The notes: generated by a model not told the origin, from the letters alone. Shown: positions 1-9,314, counted from the first letter of the stretch. The stretch is 50,111 nucleotides of DNA from an uncultured virus (IMG/VR IMGVR_UViG_3300009111_000004) (IMGVR_UViG_3300009111_000004), one strand, 5' to 3'. Made by a program: numbers and translations.

Positions 1-72
1 CATAGCTTGGTCAAATTGTGCGGTGCTACCATCAATATCGATGAGTGCGACTGGCTTACGTTTAGTAGACAT
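1..72 (-). CDS. HAD-superfamily phosphatase/nucleotidase, N-terminus only (runs off window)
   Basis: MSTKRKPVALIDIDGS contains HAD motif I (DxDG); sigma54-like motif upstream. Confidence 0.6.
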   Translation of the reverse strand, partial: MSTKRKPVALIDIDGSTAQFDQAM

Positions 73-131
73 CTTAGTCCTAATTATTACGGATATACTT
101 ACTTGGCGCAGGCTCCGCTCGCCCCTAAGAT

Positions 132-147
132 TGCAAGTCGCGGGCCG
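132..147 (-). promoter_or_regulatory. sigma54-type -24/-12 promoter motif
   Basis: CGGCCCGCGACTTGCA = GG-N10-GC. Confidence 0.7.
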
Positions 148-158
148 GGCATTTTAAC

Positions 159-380
159 TTAAGAACACAATTCACATGAATGTGTAATACGATCATCGAT
201 AGTGGTGAAGACTTGACCAGACAGATCTACGCACTCTACTATATAATGTTCAACTTCTCTAATGACAAACTTGGTGCCTGGTTGGATTACTAGGCGTAAA
301 TTACGATTCTGTGGATACACCAACAAGGAACCAGTAGGAATTACTTGCCAAATTTGACCTGGGGTCAATATCAATAGCAC
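159..380 (-). CDS. GQIW-family SH3-like small protein
   Basis: PGQIWQV...GTKFVI...HSCEL. Confidence 0.75.
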   Translation of the reverse strand: MLLILTPGQIWQVIPTGSLLVYPQNRNLRLVIQPGTKFVIREVEHYIVECVDLSGQVFTTIDDRITHSCELCS

Positions 381-646
381 ATCTTCCCATATTCAATAAG
401 GGCACTTTTTGAAATCACAATCTCCCCTGTAATGTTAGGACATATGCATACTACCATTATTTTATTACTAGTAGTATCTTTGATAATTACCTTGTCTTCA
501 TGGAGAAGTCGTATATCTAGAACAATCCAATTACTAGAATTGTACTTGCGACACAGCAATCGCACAGATACCCCATCTGGGTTAACGATCTTCCATACTT
601 GACCAACAATGAGTTGGTCAGTATTCATTGGCTGACATGTAGCCAT
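371..646 (-). CDS. GQIW-family SH3-like small protein
   Basis: VGQVWKI...EDKVII. Confidence 0.75.
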   Translation of the reverse strand: MATCQPMNTDQLIVGQVWKIVNPDGVSVRLLCRKYNSSNWIVLDIRLLHEDKVIIKDTTSNKIMVVCICPNITGEIVISKSALIEYGKMCY

Positions 647-900
647 TCAATTATGGCTCGTTTTTCGTCTTCGACTTTCTTGAGATCAATTTCAAAATAA
701 TCTGCTAGGAATGTCTCAATACTAATTGAGACTTCTTCTGGATCACCGCTACTATTAAGTTTGTAGATACAGTATCCTTTTTCACCCATGAGCCAATCTA
801 AAAAGCCACCAATTACTTGGGATTCAAGCTTGATCGCTCTGAGCCTGTCTAGTTCTGGAGTCGCTGGATATCTTTCTTGTTTATTCATCATATTCCTCAA
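625..900 (-). CDS. hypothetical protein
   Basis: ORF in packed minus-strand block. Confidence 0.7.
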   Translation of the reverse strand: MRNMMNKQERYPATPELDRLRAIKLESQVIGGFLDWLMGEKGYCIYKLNSSGDPEEVSISIETFLADYFEIDLKKVEDEKRAIIEWLHVSQ

Positions 901-1474
901 TACCGGAATCTAGATTGCTGCAATCCTCCTCAGATTCTTCATCATGATCAATGATATAATCGATGCGAGCAGCAATAACTCGCCCCTGCTTATCCTTGAC
1001 TATATAACAATTATAACTACCGTCTCCAAAACCAGAACTAGATATGGTACCAAACTTAATTACTCCGCCTTGAACTTCTCCAAGAGTAAGATTGCTAACG
1101 GCAGTATAGAATTGTTGCTCATATCCATCATCACGTGGATTATCAGGGTAACAATCATTATCGAAAAACCCAGCTTGTCCAGAGTCTACTCCAACATCGA
1201 TCCCTGAGTCTTCACTGGCCATTTTGGCCATATCTATGTTTCCATTTTTATCGTGCCATACTAAAAGTTTATTAACCCGGATTCCCCAATATTTCTCATC
1301 CTTATATGAAATTGCAGCTTTCCAATCTCCCGGCAAAGCTGGTATTGTGCCTGAACAGTATACTGTCTTGTCATAACACGGATCGGTGACCCGTAATAGA
1401 TTAGCGGTTAGCTTAAATGTACCTAATATCTTAATAGTATGCATGGTATTCCTCATAGTAGGTATTATATCCAT
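881..1474 (-). CDS. DUF4241-like protein
   Basis: VTDPCY, GVDSGQAGFFD and SSGFGDGSY motifs. Confidence 0.65.
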   Translation of the reverse strand: MDIIPTMRNTMHTIKILGTFKLTANLLRVTDPCYDKTVYCSGTIPALPGDWKAAISYKDEKYWGIRVNKLLVWHDKNGNIDMAKMASEDSGIDVGVDSGQAGFFDNDCYPDNPRDDGYEQQFYTAVSNLTLGEVQGGVIKFGTISSSGFGDGSYNCYIVKDKQGRVIAARIDYIIDHDEESEEDCSNLDSGIEEYDE

Positions 1475-1500
1475 TGTAATCAGCTTGCTACGGAAACTAA

Positions 1501-1686
1501 TTAGGTAGATTGGTTAAGAATCGATGAAATATCACGTAGGTCTCCTAAGGTAATAGTATCCTGAGTCCCGACGAGAATTTCGGTATCATCTGGAGTCTCA
1601 TCGGAGACCCCACTCCAATCATGGAGTACTACAATTAGTCTACGGAGGAGTACTAAATGCGCATCTGTAATTTTAATATTAGTCAT
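1501..1686 (-). CDS. hypothetical protein
   Basis: ORF track, operon context. Confidence 0.6.
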   Translation of the reverse strand: MTNIKITDAHLVLLRRLIVVLHDWSGVSDETPDDTEILVGTQDTITLGDLRDISSILNQST

Positions 1687-1689
1687 TTA

Positions 1690-1848
1690 TTAGATAATGT
1701 GAATAACAATGGCGTGAGTGATACTGGGCCATAGTAATGTGAATAATATGAGCCCAATAAGCATTATTAACATTAGAATGCACACATTAAGTATTATTAG
1801 AATGCACACATTAAAAATGATAATAAAGACTTGACAAAATGCTTTCAT
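1690..1848 (-). CDS. small hydrophobic membrane peptide with internal 24-bp-period duplication
   Basis: MKAFCQVFIIIFNVCILIILNVCILMLI...; attagaatgcacacattaa at 1772 and 1796. Confidence 0.5.
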   Translation of the reverse strand: MKAFCQVFIIIFNVCILIILNVCILMLIMLIGLILFTLLWPSITHAIVIHII

Positions 1849-2045
1849 TAGATAATTTCAAAGTGCTCTTGTACTACAGCTAAAAGATGATTATAATCAT
1901 CTTCCATCATTTTGGATTTAAGAGCATTAATCTCATCCATAGCCCAACCAGCTTTGCGGGCAGCTTTAATACATTTACCAATAATGACGAACGCATTACC
2001 ATCTTCACCAATCAGAGACACCTCTGGTTTATTATTGGTCACCAT
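1848..2045 (-). CDS. hypothetical phage protein
   Basis: LIGEDGNAF...DYNHLL pattern resembling small phage proteins. Confidence 0.75.
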   Translation of the reverse strand: MVTNNKPEVSLIGEDGNAFVIIGKCIKAARKAGWAMDEINALKSKMMEDDYNHLLAVVQEHFEII

Positions 2046-2063
2046 GTCAATTTCCCTTGATAA

Positions 2064-2351
2064 TTAATTTAGATTAGATTCTGGCTCTTCTGGTTGGGAC
2101 TTCTGCAGGAATTCTGCTAAGGTTAACCCAGCGTACCCAGGGAATTTAGCGTAAACTCCGATTGCGTCTTTTACCCATCTCGGGACATAAACAAACCCTG
2201 GATGGTGTAATCCATCCATTTTGACGATTTTAGATTCCCAGATCGCTGATACATGTTGTGGATGAGAAATTTTGACCCAACCACCTGTTCGTGGTCGATT
2301 TTTTGGTCCTGAAACAGGTGGTTGGGTCATTAGATTACACCTACATAACAC
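2064..2351 (-). CDS. hypothetical protein
   Basis: ORF track; likely start MTQPP at 2330. Confidence 0.6.
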   Translation of the reverse strand: MLCRCNLMTQPPVSGPKNRPRTGGWVKISHPQHVSAIWESKIVKMDGLHHPGFVYVPRWVKDAIGVYAKFPGYAGLTLAEFLQKSQPEEPESNLN

Positions 2352-2358
2352 TTTGAAT

Positions 2359-2672
2359 TATTAGGATAGCGCACCACGACTAGCCCTATCCCTAATAGCA
2401 TCGACATCGACATAGGTAATCCTATGTCAATTGTATCGGTACAGCGAAGTCACACCCTTCCCGATGATCGTGTCTCGCCCAACCCATGACGGATTCAACC
2501 CCGTCCATAGCCATTTCATATTCCCCAGGTGTGAGACTGGGATCTTACTATACCATAGTAATTATGGACTATGGGTAGTCTTTCCTACCAGTCAGGATCG
2601 CATTTCACTGCACATCGTGGATTCAACCCCACATTCAGAGGTTTTACCTCCCCAATGCGATCTTTTGGGATC
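2359..2672 (-). ncRNA. putative structured ncRNA with two tandem pseudoknot/T-loop-like modules
   Basis: modules at 2450-2544 and 2596-2672; 27-mer shared with 3686-3712; closing hairpins at 2359-2428. Confidence 0.65.
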
Positions 2673-2713
2673 CAATCACGTACACGTCGTGTCTAACTAG
2701 ACAAGTCGGTGTC

Positions 2714-2787
2714 ATCGTGTTATCCTCTGTCATATCTAAGTACTAAGAAATCGTGTTATCCTCTGTCATATCTAAGTACTAAGAAAT
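2714..2787. repeat. 36-bp tandem duplication
   Basis: atcgtgttatcctctgtcatatctaagtactaagaa x2. Confidence 0.9.
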
Positions 2788-2793
2788 AGATTT

Positions 2794-3150
2794 CTAAGAA
2801 GATCTATTCCGATATAGACCATCTTCATGGTTAAGGTAACGTCGTATAATAGTAGGATTGTAGTGTTCCGCATTTCCAGGGATCATACTATGTTGTCTGT
2901 ACCAATTATCATCAGGCTCAATCCATGTGAGTTCTGATTCAATCTCGTTGGCTGTCTTCATTGCTATGTCATGATCACCGAGTACAAGTACATGAGCAAT
3001 ACCACAAGAATAGTGCCAATCTACCATCTGACCACTCTTTTTAGCAACTTTCTGAACCCATGGCTCAATATCTTTAGCCCAACCATCAATAGCTAGAAGA
3101 CTTGTGCCATTATTGAATACTTCTTGATTACAATTTTTGATGTGGCTCAT
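2794..3150 (-). CDS. hypothetical protein
   Basis: ORF track, 118 aa. Confidence 0.75.
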   Translation of the reverse strand: MSHIKNCNQEVFNNGTSLLAIDGWAKDIEPWVQKVAKKSGQMVDWHYSCGIAHVLVLGDHDIAMKTANEIESELTWIEPDDNWYRQHSMIPGNAEHYNPTIIRRYLNHEDGLYRNRSS

Positions 3151-3240
3151 ACTATCTCAATGCCTATTACGGAGACCTATTTATTATGGTCAAGTTGTGA
3201 TCTAAATGAACAAATTTATACTGCGGATCTGATAGTAGAT

Positions 3241-3331
3241 TGAGACAGGTAGCCGCTGGTTTCGAAATCTAGCCGAGAAGCTATCCGGAAGCTATCCCTG
3301 GTCACCCGACTTTGTTATTCTACCTGTCTCA
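3241..3331. ncRNA. putative 91-nt stem-closed small RNA abutting the tRNA-fMet 3' end
   Basis: 12-bp terminal inverted repeat tgagacaggtag/ctacctgtctca; internal TTCGAA hairpin. Confidence 0.5.
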
Positions 3332-3332
3332 G

Positions 3333-3406
<74 letters not shown>

Positions 3407-3530
3407 AAACTGATAGGACTCGCCAGGTCCTATCAGATCATCGCATAGCATATGCTACTACTTACTCATTAACTACATCCATCGCAACATCCTGTTAGCA
3501 CTACGCCAATAGATTCCGACATTGTTTTGG

Positions 3531-3712
3531 AGGTCGCATCAGTCCACTATACCCAATAGCCGTAGTACACACATAACGCCATTTCCCTTTGCCTTTGCGG
3601 ATTCAGCCCCGCCATAGAGATAAACCACTCCCCCAATGCGACCTGGGGATCGATGTGACGTGAGACATAAACGTCTCACGTTATCCTATGGGTAGTCTTT
3701 CCTACCAGTCAG
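3531..3712 (-). ncRNA. third copy of the pseudoknot/T-loop-like RNA module
   Basis: GATCCCCAGGTCGCATTGGGG hairpin, GGGGCTGAATCC hairpin, partner ATGCGACCT. Confidence 0.65.
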
Positions 3713-3879
3713 TCTACACAATTGATGAATTATAACTTAGTTTATGTTCTTGTTCTATCCAGAGTTAATATATTATTTGAATCTCATTCTTACCCAAGTA
3801 CGAATCTCAAATCGAAAACAATAGCACACTACTAGTAGTATAATTGAGATATCGTAGATGATGCGTAGCATACTCATGA

Positions 3880-4158
3880 TTATGTATTAGCTGATTCAGA
3901 TGAAATCATTAGTCCTAAGGTAGTGAGAAGGTAGGTTGATAAGTCAGATCTAAGTCCAGTTACTATAATCTCATAGATGATATTTTGATGAGTCTGCAAA
4001 CTGGGGACCTTTAACAAGCTTAGCATAGCATTCTCAATGGCTAATCGAGGTGTTAGCCCGCCTTCTTTTTGATCAAAAGTTTCTACCCAGGCTTCACGGA
4101 GACAACAAAGGGCTTCTTGTAGATGATCATAATAATGCATAAATCTGATTATCCGCAA
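3880..4158 (-). CDS. hypothetical protein
   Basis: ORF track. Confidence 0.6.
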   Translation of the reverse strand: MRIIRFMHYYDHLQEALCCLREAWVETFDQKEGGLTPRLAIENAMLSLLKVPSLQTHQNIIYEIIVTGLRSDLSTYLLTTLGLMISSESANT

Positions 4159-4337
4159 TTCTTCAGTGGTAGTTTGTAATCTACAGGGAATTGTCGGTTA
4201 GGGTGGGGGTCGACACCGTCGAATCTACAGAGTGGCCGACTCAGTCTTTAAACCTTGGATTAATTTTTAGATGAAGAAGTAACAATGGGTTCCTAACTGG
4301 TTTAGGCTTCATATGGTAGCCATCATATTAAAATAGT

Positions 4338-4898
4338 CTAGTCTAGTAATTTGCAACAACTATGAATCCATGATAATGCTAACAATATGTCAATAGGTAT
4401 ATCAGAGCATATTTTAACCGGAACAATCCAATCATTATTCGATTTTGAGAATTTACATCCTGGACAAATAATAAACTTGACACCCAACTGTGCGCGCCCC
4501 TGCCCTAGAAATAGATCATAATGTGTCTTAGACTTGGATATCTGCCAAACCTGGCCAACCTCTATGTTGGGTACTGGAATCATCGTAATTCGATCCTTAA
4601 TAGGACCATGTACTGACTGATTTAGGGCAGCATTATGTTTTCTACAGAGCAACCGTAGTCGAATCCCAGCTCTTAGCTCCCTGCGATAGCGATACCAACG
4701 ATGTTCAGGATTCAACTTACGTTGAATCCAGGTACATCCATCAATATGATCAATCTCAAGGTTACGTCGTCGTGTGCAAAATGCGCATTTATTACCAAGA
4801 GCGGTACGAATCTCCGTCTTAATCCGCCGCAGACGCCGGGCTGAAACTTCACCTGGAGAGGTTATATTGAATATCCCGCTCGAAGACCTTAATTGCAT
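4338..4898 (-). CDS. HNH-type nuclease domain in frame with a C-terminal GQIW-family domain
   Basis: CAFC..LEIDHI..LLCRKHN, then EVGQVWQI...GVKFII...CCKLL. Confidence 0.7.
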   Translation of the reverse strand: MQLRSSSGIFNITSPGEVSARRLRRIKTEIRTALGNKCAFCTRRRNLEIDHIDGCTWIQRKLNPEHRWYRYRRELRAGIRLRLLCRKHNAALNQSVHGPIKDRITMIPVPNIEVGQVWQISKSKTHYDLFLGQGRAQLGVKFIICPGCKFSKSNNDWIVPVKICSDIPIDILLALSWIHSCCKLLD

Positions 4899-5046
4899 TT
4901 TCTAAATATGCCTCCCAGAGAGGAGTACGATCTCGGAGACGTTTAGTCAGTTCAATTTCTAATTGTTCTTGGGCATCTTTAAGTCTAAATTGAAGGTCAT
5001 TTATGGAATCATGAGAGTGATAGGCTAAACGATCGAAATCAGACAT
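4849..5046 (-). CDS. hypothetical coiled-coil protein
   Basis: ORF track. Confidence 0.6.
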   Translation of the reverse strand: MSDFDRLAYHSHDSINDLQFRLKDAQEQLEIELTKRLRDRTPLWEAYLENAIKVFERDIQYNLSR

Positions 5047-5054
5047 ATATAATC

Positions 5055-5453
5055 CTAATTTTTACTAAGACGTGCTTCCAAAATATCGCGATAATTTTTC
5101 ATTGCGAGTAATTGAGCCTGGAGGTGTTGACGCTGCTCTTCTACTGTCCGATGTAGGTAAATTCGACGTTGTTCAGTCTGTTCTGGTGAATCATTGGTAG
5201 AATTAGTCCGTTGCTTGGTGTGACTTGGACATCGATGGGACTGATGCCAATCACTTTGTTCTCGTAAATGAATAGCTATGCATTGCTGAAAAGTACAGGT
5301 CATCTGGGCCTGACGCTTTCCATGAGGACTCAATTCTGCAAGAATTGTGCCAGTAGCTCCATGGTCATTGGTAAAAATTAGTCCAGCTACTGATTCTTTT
5401 TGGTGAATCTTATTTTTAATTACTGATAAAGGTAGTGGTATATTGTTATCCAT
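5055..5453 (-). CDS. hypothetical protein, SDWHQ-motif paralog of 8922..9257
   Basis: GKRQAQMTC...HLREQSDWHQSHRC. Confidence 0.75.
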   Translation of the reverse strand: MDNNIPLPLSVIKNKIHQKESVAGLIFTNDHGATGTILAELSPHGKRQAQMTCTFQQCIAIHLREQSDWHQSHRCPSHTKQRTNSTNDSPEQTEQRRIYLHRTVEEQRQHLQAQLLAMKNYRDILEARLSKN

Positions 5454-5465
5454 ATTAATCTCCTT

Positions 5466-5726
5466 TTATTCGATTGCCTCACAACAATCTAATATTATAT
5501 GTAGTCGCATGATTCCAGTCCGACCCCAGCAAGAGATCATGAATTGATTATAAATTAAGTCTGTAGACTTATATAGGTGGGATAAAATTAAGAACTTGGT
5601 CCTTAATGGTAGTTTCTCTCTATTAGGACAAGCTAAATGGTGATTGTTAGTAACGTAAGGCCACCACCAACAATCATCTTTAGTCACAATGCAACTAAGT
5701 CCAACCTCAACTTCCTGGTATTTCAT
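5466..5726 (-). CDS. divergent GQIW-family protein
   Basis: EVGLSCIV...RTKFLI...DCCEAI. Confidence 0.6.
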   Translation of the reverse strand: MKYQEVEVGLSCIVTKDDCWWWPYVTNNHHLACPNREKLPLRTKFLILSHLYKSTDLIYNQFMISCWGRTGIMRLHIILDCCEAIE

Positions 5727-6219
5727 ACATTAATGGTAGTTGACGATACCCACGAAAACCGGGACGATAAAGATGGTTTGATTGATATATTACACGAGCA
5801 TTTTGCTTCATGGCTTGGACTATGGATGTAGTAGTATGATCGCCATGGCAAGCACCGATTACCTGTCCATGTGGATTAGTTGGTCCAAGATAAATCATCA
5901 CATGACTGATTGGTGAATCAGAAGTGTTCTTAGTAGAGTATAGGACTAGTGTTCCGGGCCGTGGTGAGATAGTCTCTGGGAGATCAGTCCAAAATCGTTG
6001 GGTCCACCATGAATGTCTAATATCGGAACCGCCAGCTCTCAAGTAACTTAGAGTAACAAATCCACTACAATCTACCCCAAAATATGGAGATGGAACAGGG
6101 TGATTATCCGGTCCTACCATAGTATCGCCCTTACCACTCCATAAATACCAAGTGTCAAGTAGACTTTGTGCTTTATCGATGAAAATTTTGGCTGAAACTG
6201 AAATTAGATGAGTTGCCAT
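5707..6219 (-). CDS. NlpC/P60 family cysteine peptidase (probable cell-wall hydrolase)
   Basis: YLWSG...GVDCSGFV...PGTLVLY...SHVMIY. Confidence 0.9.
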   Translation of the reverse strand: MATHLISVSAKIFIDKAQSLLDTWYLWSGKGDTMVGPDNHPVPSPYFGVDCSGFVTLSYLRAGGSDIRHSWWTQRFWTDLPETISPRPGTLVLYSTKNTSDSPISHVMIYLGPTNPHGQVIGACHGDHTTTSIVQAMKQNARVIYQSNHLYRPGFRGYRQLPLMYEIPGS

Positions 6220-6222
6220 AAA

Positions 6223-6564
6223 CTATTCTAAAAGATAGATGTGATGATAATCATCTCGGTAAATAAATCCAAAAGTTCCCCAATGATTGACATATAAAAA
6301 AGACGAATCGACCTTACGTTCTACTAGTAGTCGATCTCCAGTTGAAAGAACGGTAATTCTCCCAGAGGGAAAACCATGATATAAATTAATTGAATCAATA
6401 ACTTCTAAGATATCACCAGAATCTAAGTACTGATAGGCTAGGTCTACCCTAGATCTTTTGATGTTTCCAGTAGCGTGGGAAGTTGCGCCAGGATTCATTA
6501 ATGCGATTCCACTGAGAGATAACTGTTTTCTCTGGGACAGAATGAATATTCCGATGAGCAGCAA
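6223..6564 (-). CDS. divergent GQIW-family protein (start uncertain)
   Basis: SGDILEVI...GDRLLV. Confidence 0.55.
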   Translation of the reverse strand: MLLIGIFILSQRKQLSLSGIALMNPGATSHATGNIKRSRVDLAYQYLDSGDILEVIDSINLYHGFPSGRITVLSTGDRLLVERKVDSSFLYVNHWGTFGFIYRDDYHHIYLLE

Positions 6565-6919
6565 TCTGTGGGTCGGTAATAAAAATAATTATCTCAACTT
6601 CATGTCCCCATGCAATAGCCAATTGATAATATGGAGCGATCTCAGCAACCGATGTATTAGTATTGTCAACAATCACCAACATATTACTAGATCCGTTTGG
6701 ATCTTCTGCTCCATGTATGAGCCACATGGTATATTTACGAAGACATTGGGCGTGTGCCTCTGAGAGTTTTGTCCGATCAAATTTATATTGATTATCTACC
6801 ATAAAGAAGTTGTCAGCAGAAAAACACTCTACATTAGAAGCGCCGTATTTATCGATTGTTCGCTGAGTGTAAGTACTTTTCCCAGCCCCACTAACTCCTT
6901 GCAAAATTTGAACTTTCAT
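6449..6919 (-). CDS. P-loop kinase, AAA_33 / polynucleotide-kinase-like
   Basis: GVSGAGKST Walker A, SADNFF, IVDNTN, RNIHSVP. Confidence 0.85.
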   Translation of the reverse strand: MKVQILQGVSGAGKSTYTQRTIDKYGASNVECFSADNFFMVDNQYKFDRTKLSEAHAQCLRKYTMWLIHGAEDPNGSSNMLVIVDNTNTSVAEIAPYYQLAIAWGHEVEIIIFITDPQIAAHRNIHSVPEKTVISQWNRINESWRNFPRYWKHQKI

Positions 6920-6978
6920 TAGGTGGTCCCGACAAATTGTATAGCCGTCCTTATAACTATAGATAAGGAATTAGGTAG

Positions 6979-7230
6979 CTACACTGTAGTTGGTAGAATT
7001 TTAGTTGTTTGTGTTATATCCAACTTAGACTTGTTCACTATACCGACTGGATGTTCTTCAACTTCAACTTGATAATAGATTTTATTATCGAAGATATATT
7101 TCTGACAAATCGTGATTTGCGTAAATACGCCAATCGGCCCCTGGAAGCACCAGCCTATTCCTTGATTGAACCACTCATTGAGTTTAGTGCCTTCGATCAA
7201 GTGTAGTGGCTTGGGGTCAGGATTAGACAT
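6979..7230 (-). CDS. hypothetical protein
   Basis: ORF track. Confidence 0.6.
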   Translation of the reverse strand: MSNPDPKPLHLIEGTKLNEWFNQGIGWCFQGPIGVFTQITICQKYIFDNKIYYQVEVEEHPVGIVNKSKLDITQTTKILPTTV

Positions 7231-7390
7231 TTGAGTATAGAGGCGAAGTCGCTTATGGTGATACGTAGTGCCAGCTCGGTACCGATGACTGTCGGGATTG
7301 TCGGATCAACCAAATCATTATTGATATAACACCTATAAAGCAGAGTCCTAGTAGGCTAACTATTAACCACATTAATTCACGAGACATTGA

Positions 7391-7651
7391 TTAAATCTGG
7401 AAAGATCTGGGAGAAACGCTACTGGGATTTGTGTCAAAATCTTTGATAAATTTCTGAATACTCTTTGAGAAATTGATATCTTGGATACACCTACCATATT
7501 TTGTAACAATACAAACCGATGAGTCCCAAACCTGATAACGATATCCAGGCGGTAGAGGGAGTTGACAGTTCAACGCTAATGCCATAGCACACTTTTCCAT
7601 GCTATAACATTTACCAGCGTCAATCATTTCTTGGGTTACTTGAAATCGCAT
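7391..7651 (-). CDS. hypothetical phage protein
   Basis: start MRFQVTQEMI just downstream of the tRNA. Confidence 0.7.
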   Translation of the reverse strand: MRFQVTQEMIDAGKCYSMEKCAMALALNCQLPLPPGYRYQVWDSSVCIVTKYGRCIQDINFSKSIQKFIKDFDTNPSSVSPRSFQI

Positions 7652-7677
7652 ATGGTCCCCGTTGTGATAGAAATATG

Positions 7678-7778
7678 TCGGCCCACTTGGATTCGAACCA
7701 AGATTGTCCACTAATCAAGTGGCAGCCTTTCGGCGCCCGGGTATAAGCCGGGGGTCCTACCAATTGAACGATGGGCCG
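7678..7778 (-). tRNA. tRNA-Ile (TAT) with two-hairpin extra arm, 101 nt, no CCA
   Basis: acceptor CGGCCCA/TGGGCCG-A; anticodon arm CCCGG-CTTATAC-CCGGG; T arm CTTGG-TTCGAAT-CCAAG. Confidence 0.85.
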
Positions 7779-7785
7779 GGTACGA

Positions 7786-8106
7786 CTACTTTGTGAAATG
7801 ATCAAGCGTGGGATATTGTTTAGGCTTCTTGTTGTCAGAACGCTTGTGCTCTGGTTTTTGGGTACTAGCCTGAATTCTTAACTGAAGGCGGGTTCGCTCC
7901 TTCTTAGCTCCAATATCAATTCCAAGTCTGGAATTGAGTAGAGCAATCTGGTCTCGGTCCGAGCGTTCTATCCGTGCCTTCTGGCGCTCCACAGCTTGAT
8001 TATGTTTTACCAGTTGCTTTGCTCGCAGGACCTTATTACGAGCACCAGCAGGACGCTCCATGTTTGGAATATGACGATCATTAATACTGGACATTATGTT
8101 CTCCAT
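7786..8106 (-). CDS. basic hypothetical protein
   Basis: ORF track, K/R-rich. Confidence 0.7.
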   Translation of the reverse strand: MENIMSSINDRHIPNMERPAGARNKVLRAKQLVKHNQAVERQKARIERSDRDQIALLNSRLGIDIGAKKERTRLQLRIQASTQKPEHKRSDNKKPKQYPTLDHFTK

Positions 8107-8168
8107 ACTACTAGATTAAATCTATATGTTGATAGATACCTTTATGTCTTTAGGAATACTAAGTCTTT

Positions 8169-8411
8169 TTATAAAGGTTTCTTCGGTGCCTTTCCTCTGG
8201 TGGCAACTATCGCCTTTAAGTCTTCTAGATAAGTGGTTATTCCGCGATTAGTTAATTCGATTGAAGCGTCTATACATAACGTCTTGCGACGTAGAATATC
8301 AGCCAGAGCTTGCATTCCTACTCTCTCCAGATGATCCACTAATTTGAACATCTCCGACTGAACGGCACCGATAATTACCTGGGAATTCTGCAAGTCTTGC
8401 AGCCACGTCAT
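8169..8411 (-). CDS. hypothetical protein
   Basis: ORF track. Confidence 0.65.
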   Translation of the reverse strand: MTWLQDLQNSQVIIGAVQSEMFKLVDHLERVGMQALADILRRKTLCIDASIELTNRGITTYLEDLKAIVATRGKAPKKPL

Positions 8412-8439
8412 AGTACATTCTTAGGTGAAATTATGGTTT

Positions 8440-8748
8440 TTAAATGCGATGTATAGATTCGTGATGATCAGCTGGATCACAGCAATCATTGACTGAGAAC
8501 ATACAACCGTCCTCTAGAGTAACTAGGGCGTCGCCTACGTAGGCGAACCGCGATTCTCGAAACCATGAGTCTAGACTACAAGCCCAATGTGGTGAACAAT
8601 AATTGACTACTTCCACAATTTTACGCGTCCATTCTGGGATCCAGTATTCAACAGAAATGTTGGTAATTCTTAAGTGTTTATATCTACAATCACAAACTGC
8701 GTCACCTATTTGAAGTGACTGAAGCCATCTTAATTTGTCGTAAGACAT
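8440..8748 (-). CDS. hypothetical protein
   Basis: start MSYDK inferred; LQIGDAVCDC. Confidence 0.65.
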   Translation of the reverse strand: MSYDKLRWLQSLQIGDAVCDCRYKHLRITNISVEYWIPEWTRKIVEVVNYCSPHWACSLDSWFRESRFAYVGDALVTLEDGCMFSVNDCCDPADHHESIHRI

Positions 8749-8921
8749 CGTATACCCCGGTGTGGGATTGAACCACTGCATATAAATACCGATTCCCATA
8801 CGCTGGCGCAGCTCCGTATGGGACCATTTTCTGGCGCCCCAAATCTAGGCCAAATCGGTCGCACCGTCCTGCAATACCGGACTAGGGTAGCCCCAGTTTA
8901 GTAAACAGCAGAACTAGTTGG

Positions 8922-9257
8922 CTACTGGGTAGCTATATCTAGTTTTACCTCATCCTTCTTAGGCAGCTTTTTGCCAGCCATATCAGGAGACCGAGAGCAT
9001 TGGTGCCAGTCAGACATGGCTCGAACATGATCTGAGCCCCCTGCCCAGCACTTCATCTTTGCCTGTACCTTCCCAAACTTATTCAGATCTGGGAGTACTA
9101 CGCCTGTAGTTGGTTCCTCTGAACGACCTCCTTGAAATTGGAGACCAGCCAGAGGCTGATTCTTATTCTGCCTTAGTAGATCCTTAGCCTCCTTCAAGGT
9201 GTACACCTTGTTAGGATCGAATTCTACCTTCTTCATCTCTGTATTCGACTCAGCCAT
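8922..9257 (-). CDS. hypothetical protein, SDWHQ-motif paralog of 5055..5453
   Basis: GKVQAKMKC...HVRAMSDWHQCSRS; GGAG SD upstream. Confidence 0.8.
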   Translation of the reverse strand: MAESNTEMKKVEFDPNKVYTLKEAKDLLRQNKNQPLAGLQFQGGRSEEPTTGVVLPDLNKFGKVQAKMKCWAGGSDHVRAMSDWHQCSRSPDMAGKKLPKKDEVKLDIATQ

Positions 9258-9314
9258 TGCGGTACTCCCATGTTGGACAGATTTGTGCGGGCTGTGGAGC
9301 CCCGGCTACCGAAG

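Noticed and set aside
2431..2700. plus-strand 89-aa ORF
   Set aside because: Antisense to the whole block and overlaps the repeated structured-RNA modules.
8750..8825. tRNA-like GGTTCAATCCCAC with a nearby hairpin
   Set aside because: No acceptor, D or anticodon arms can be built.
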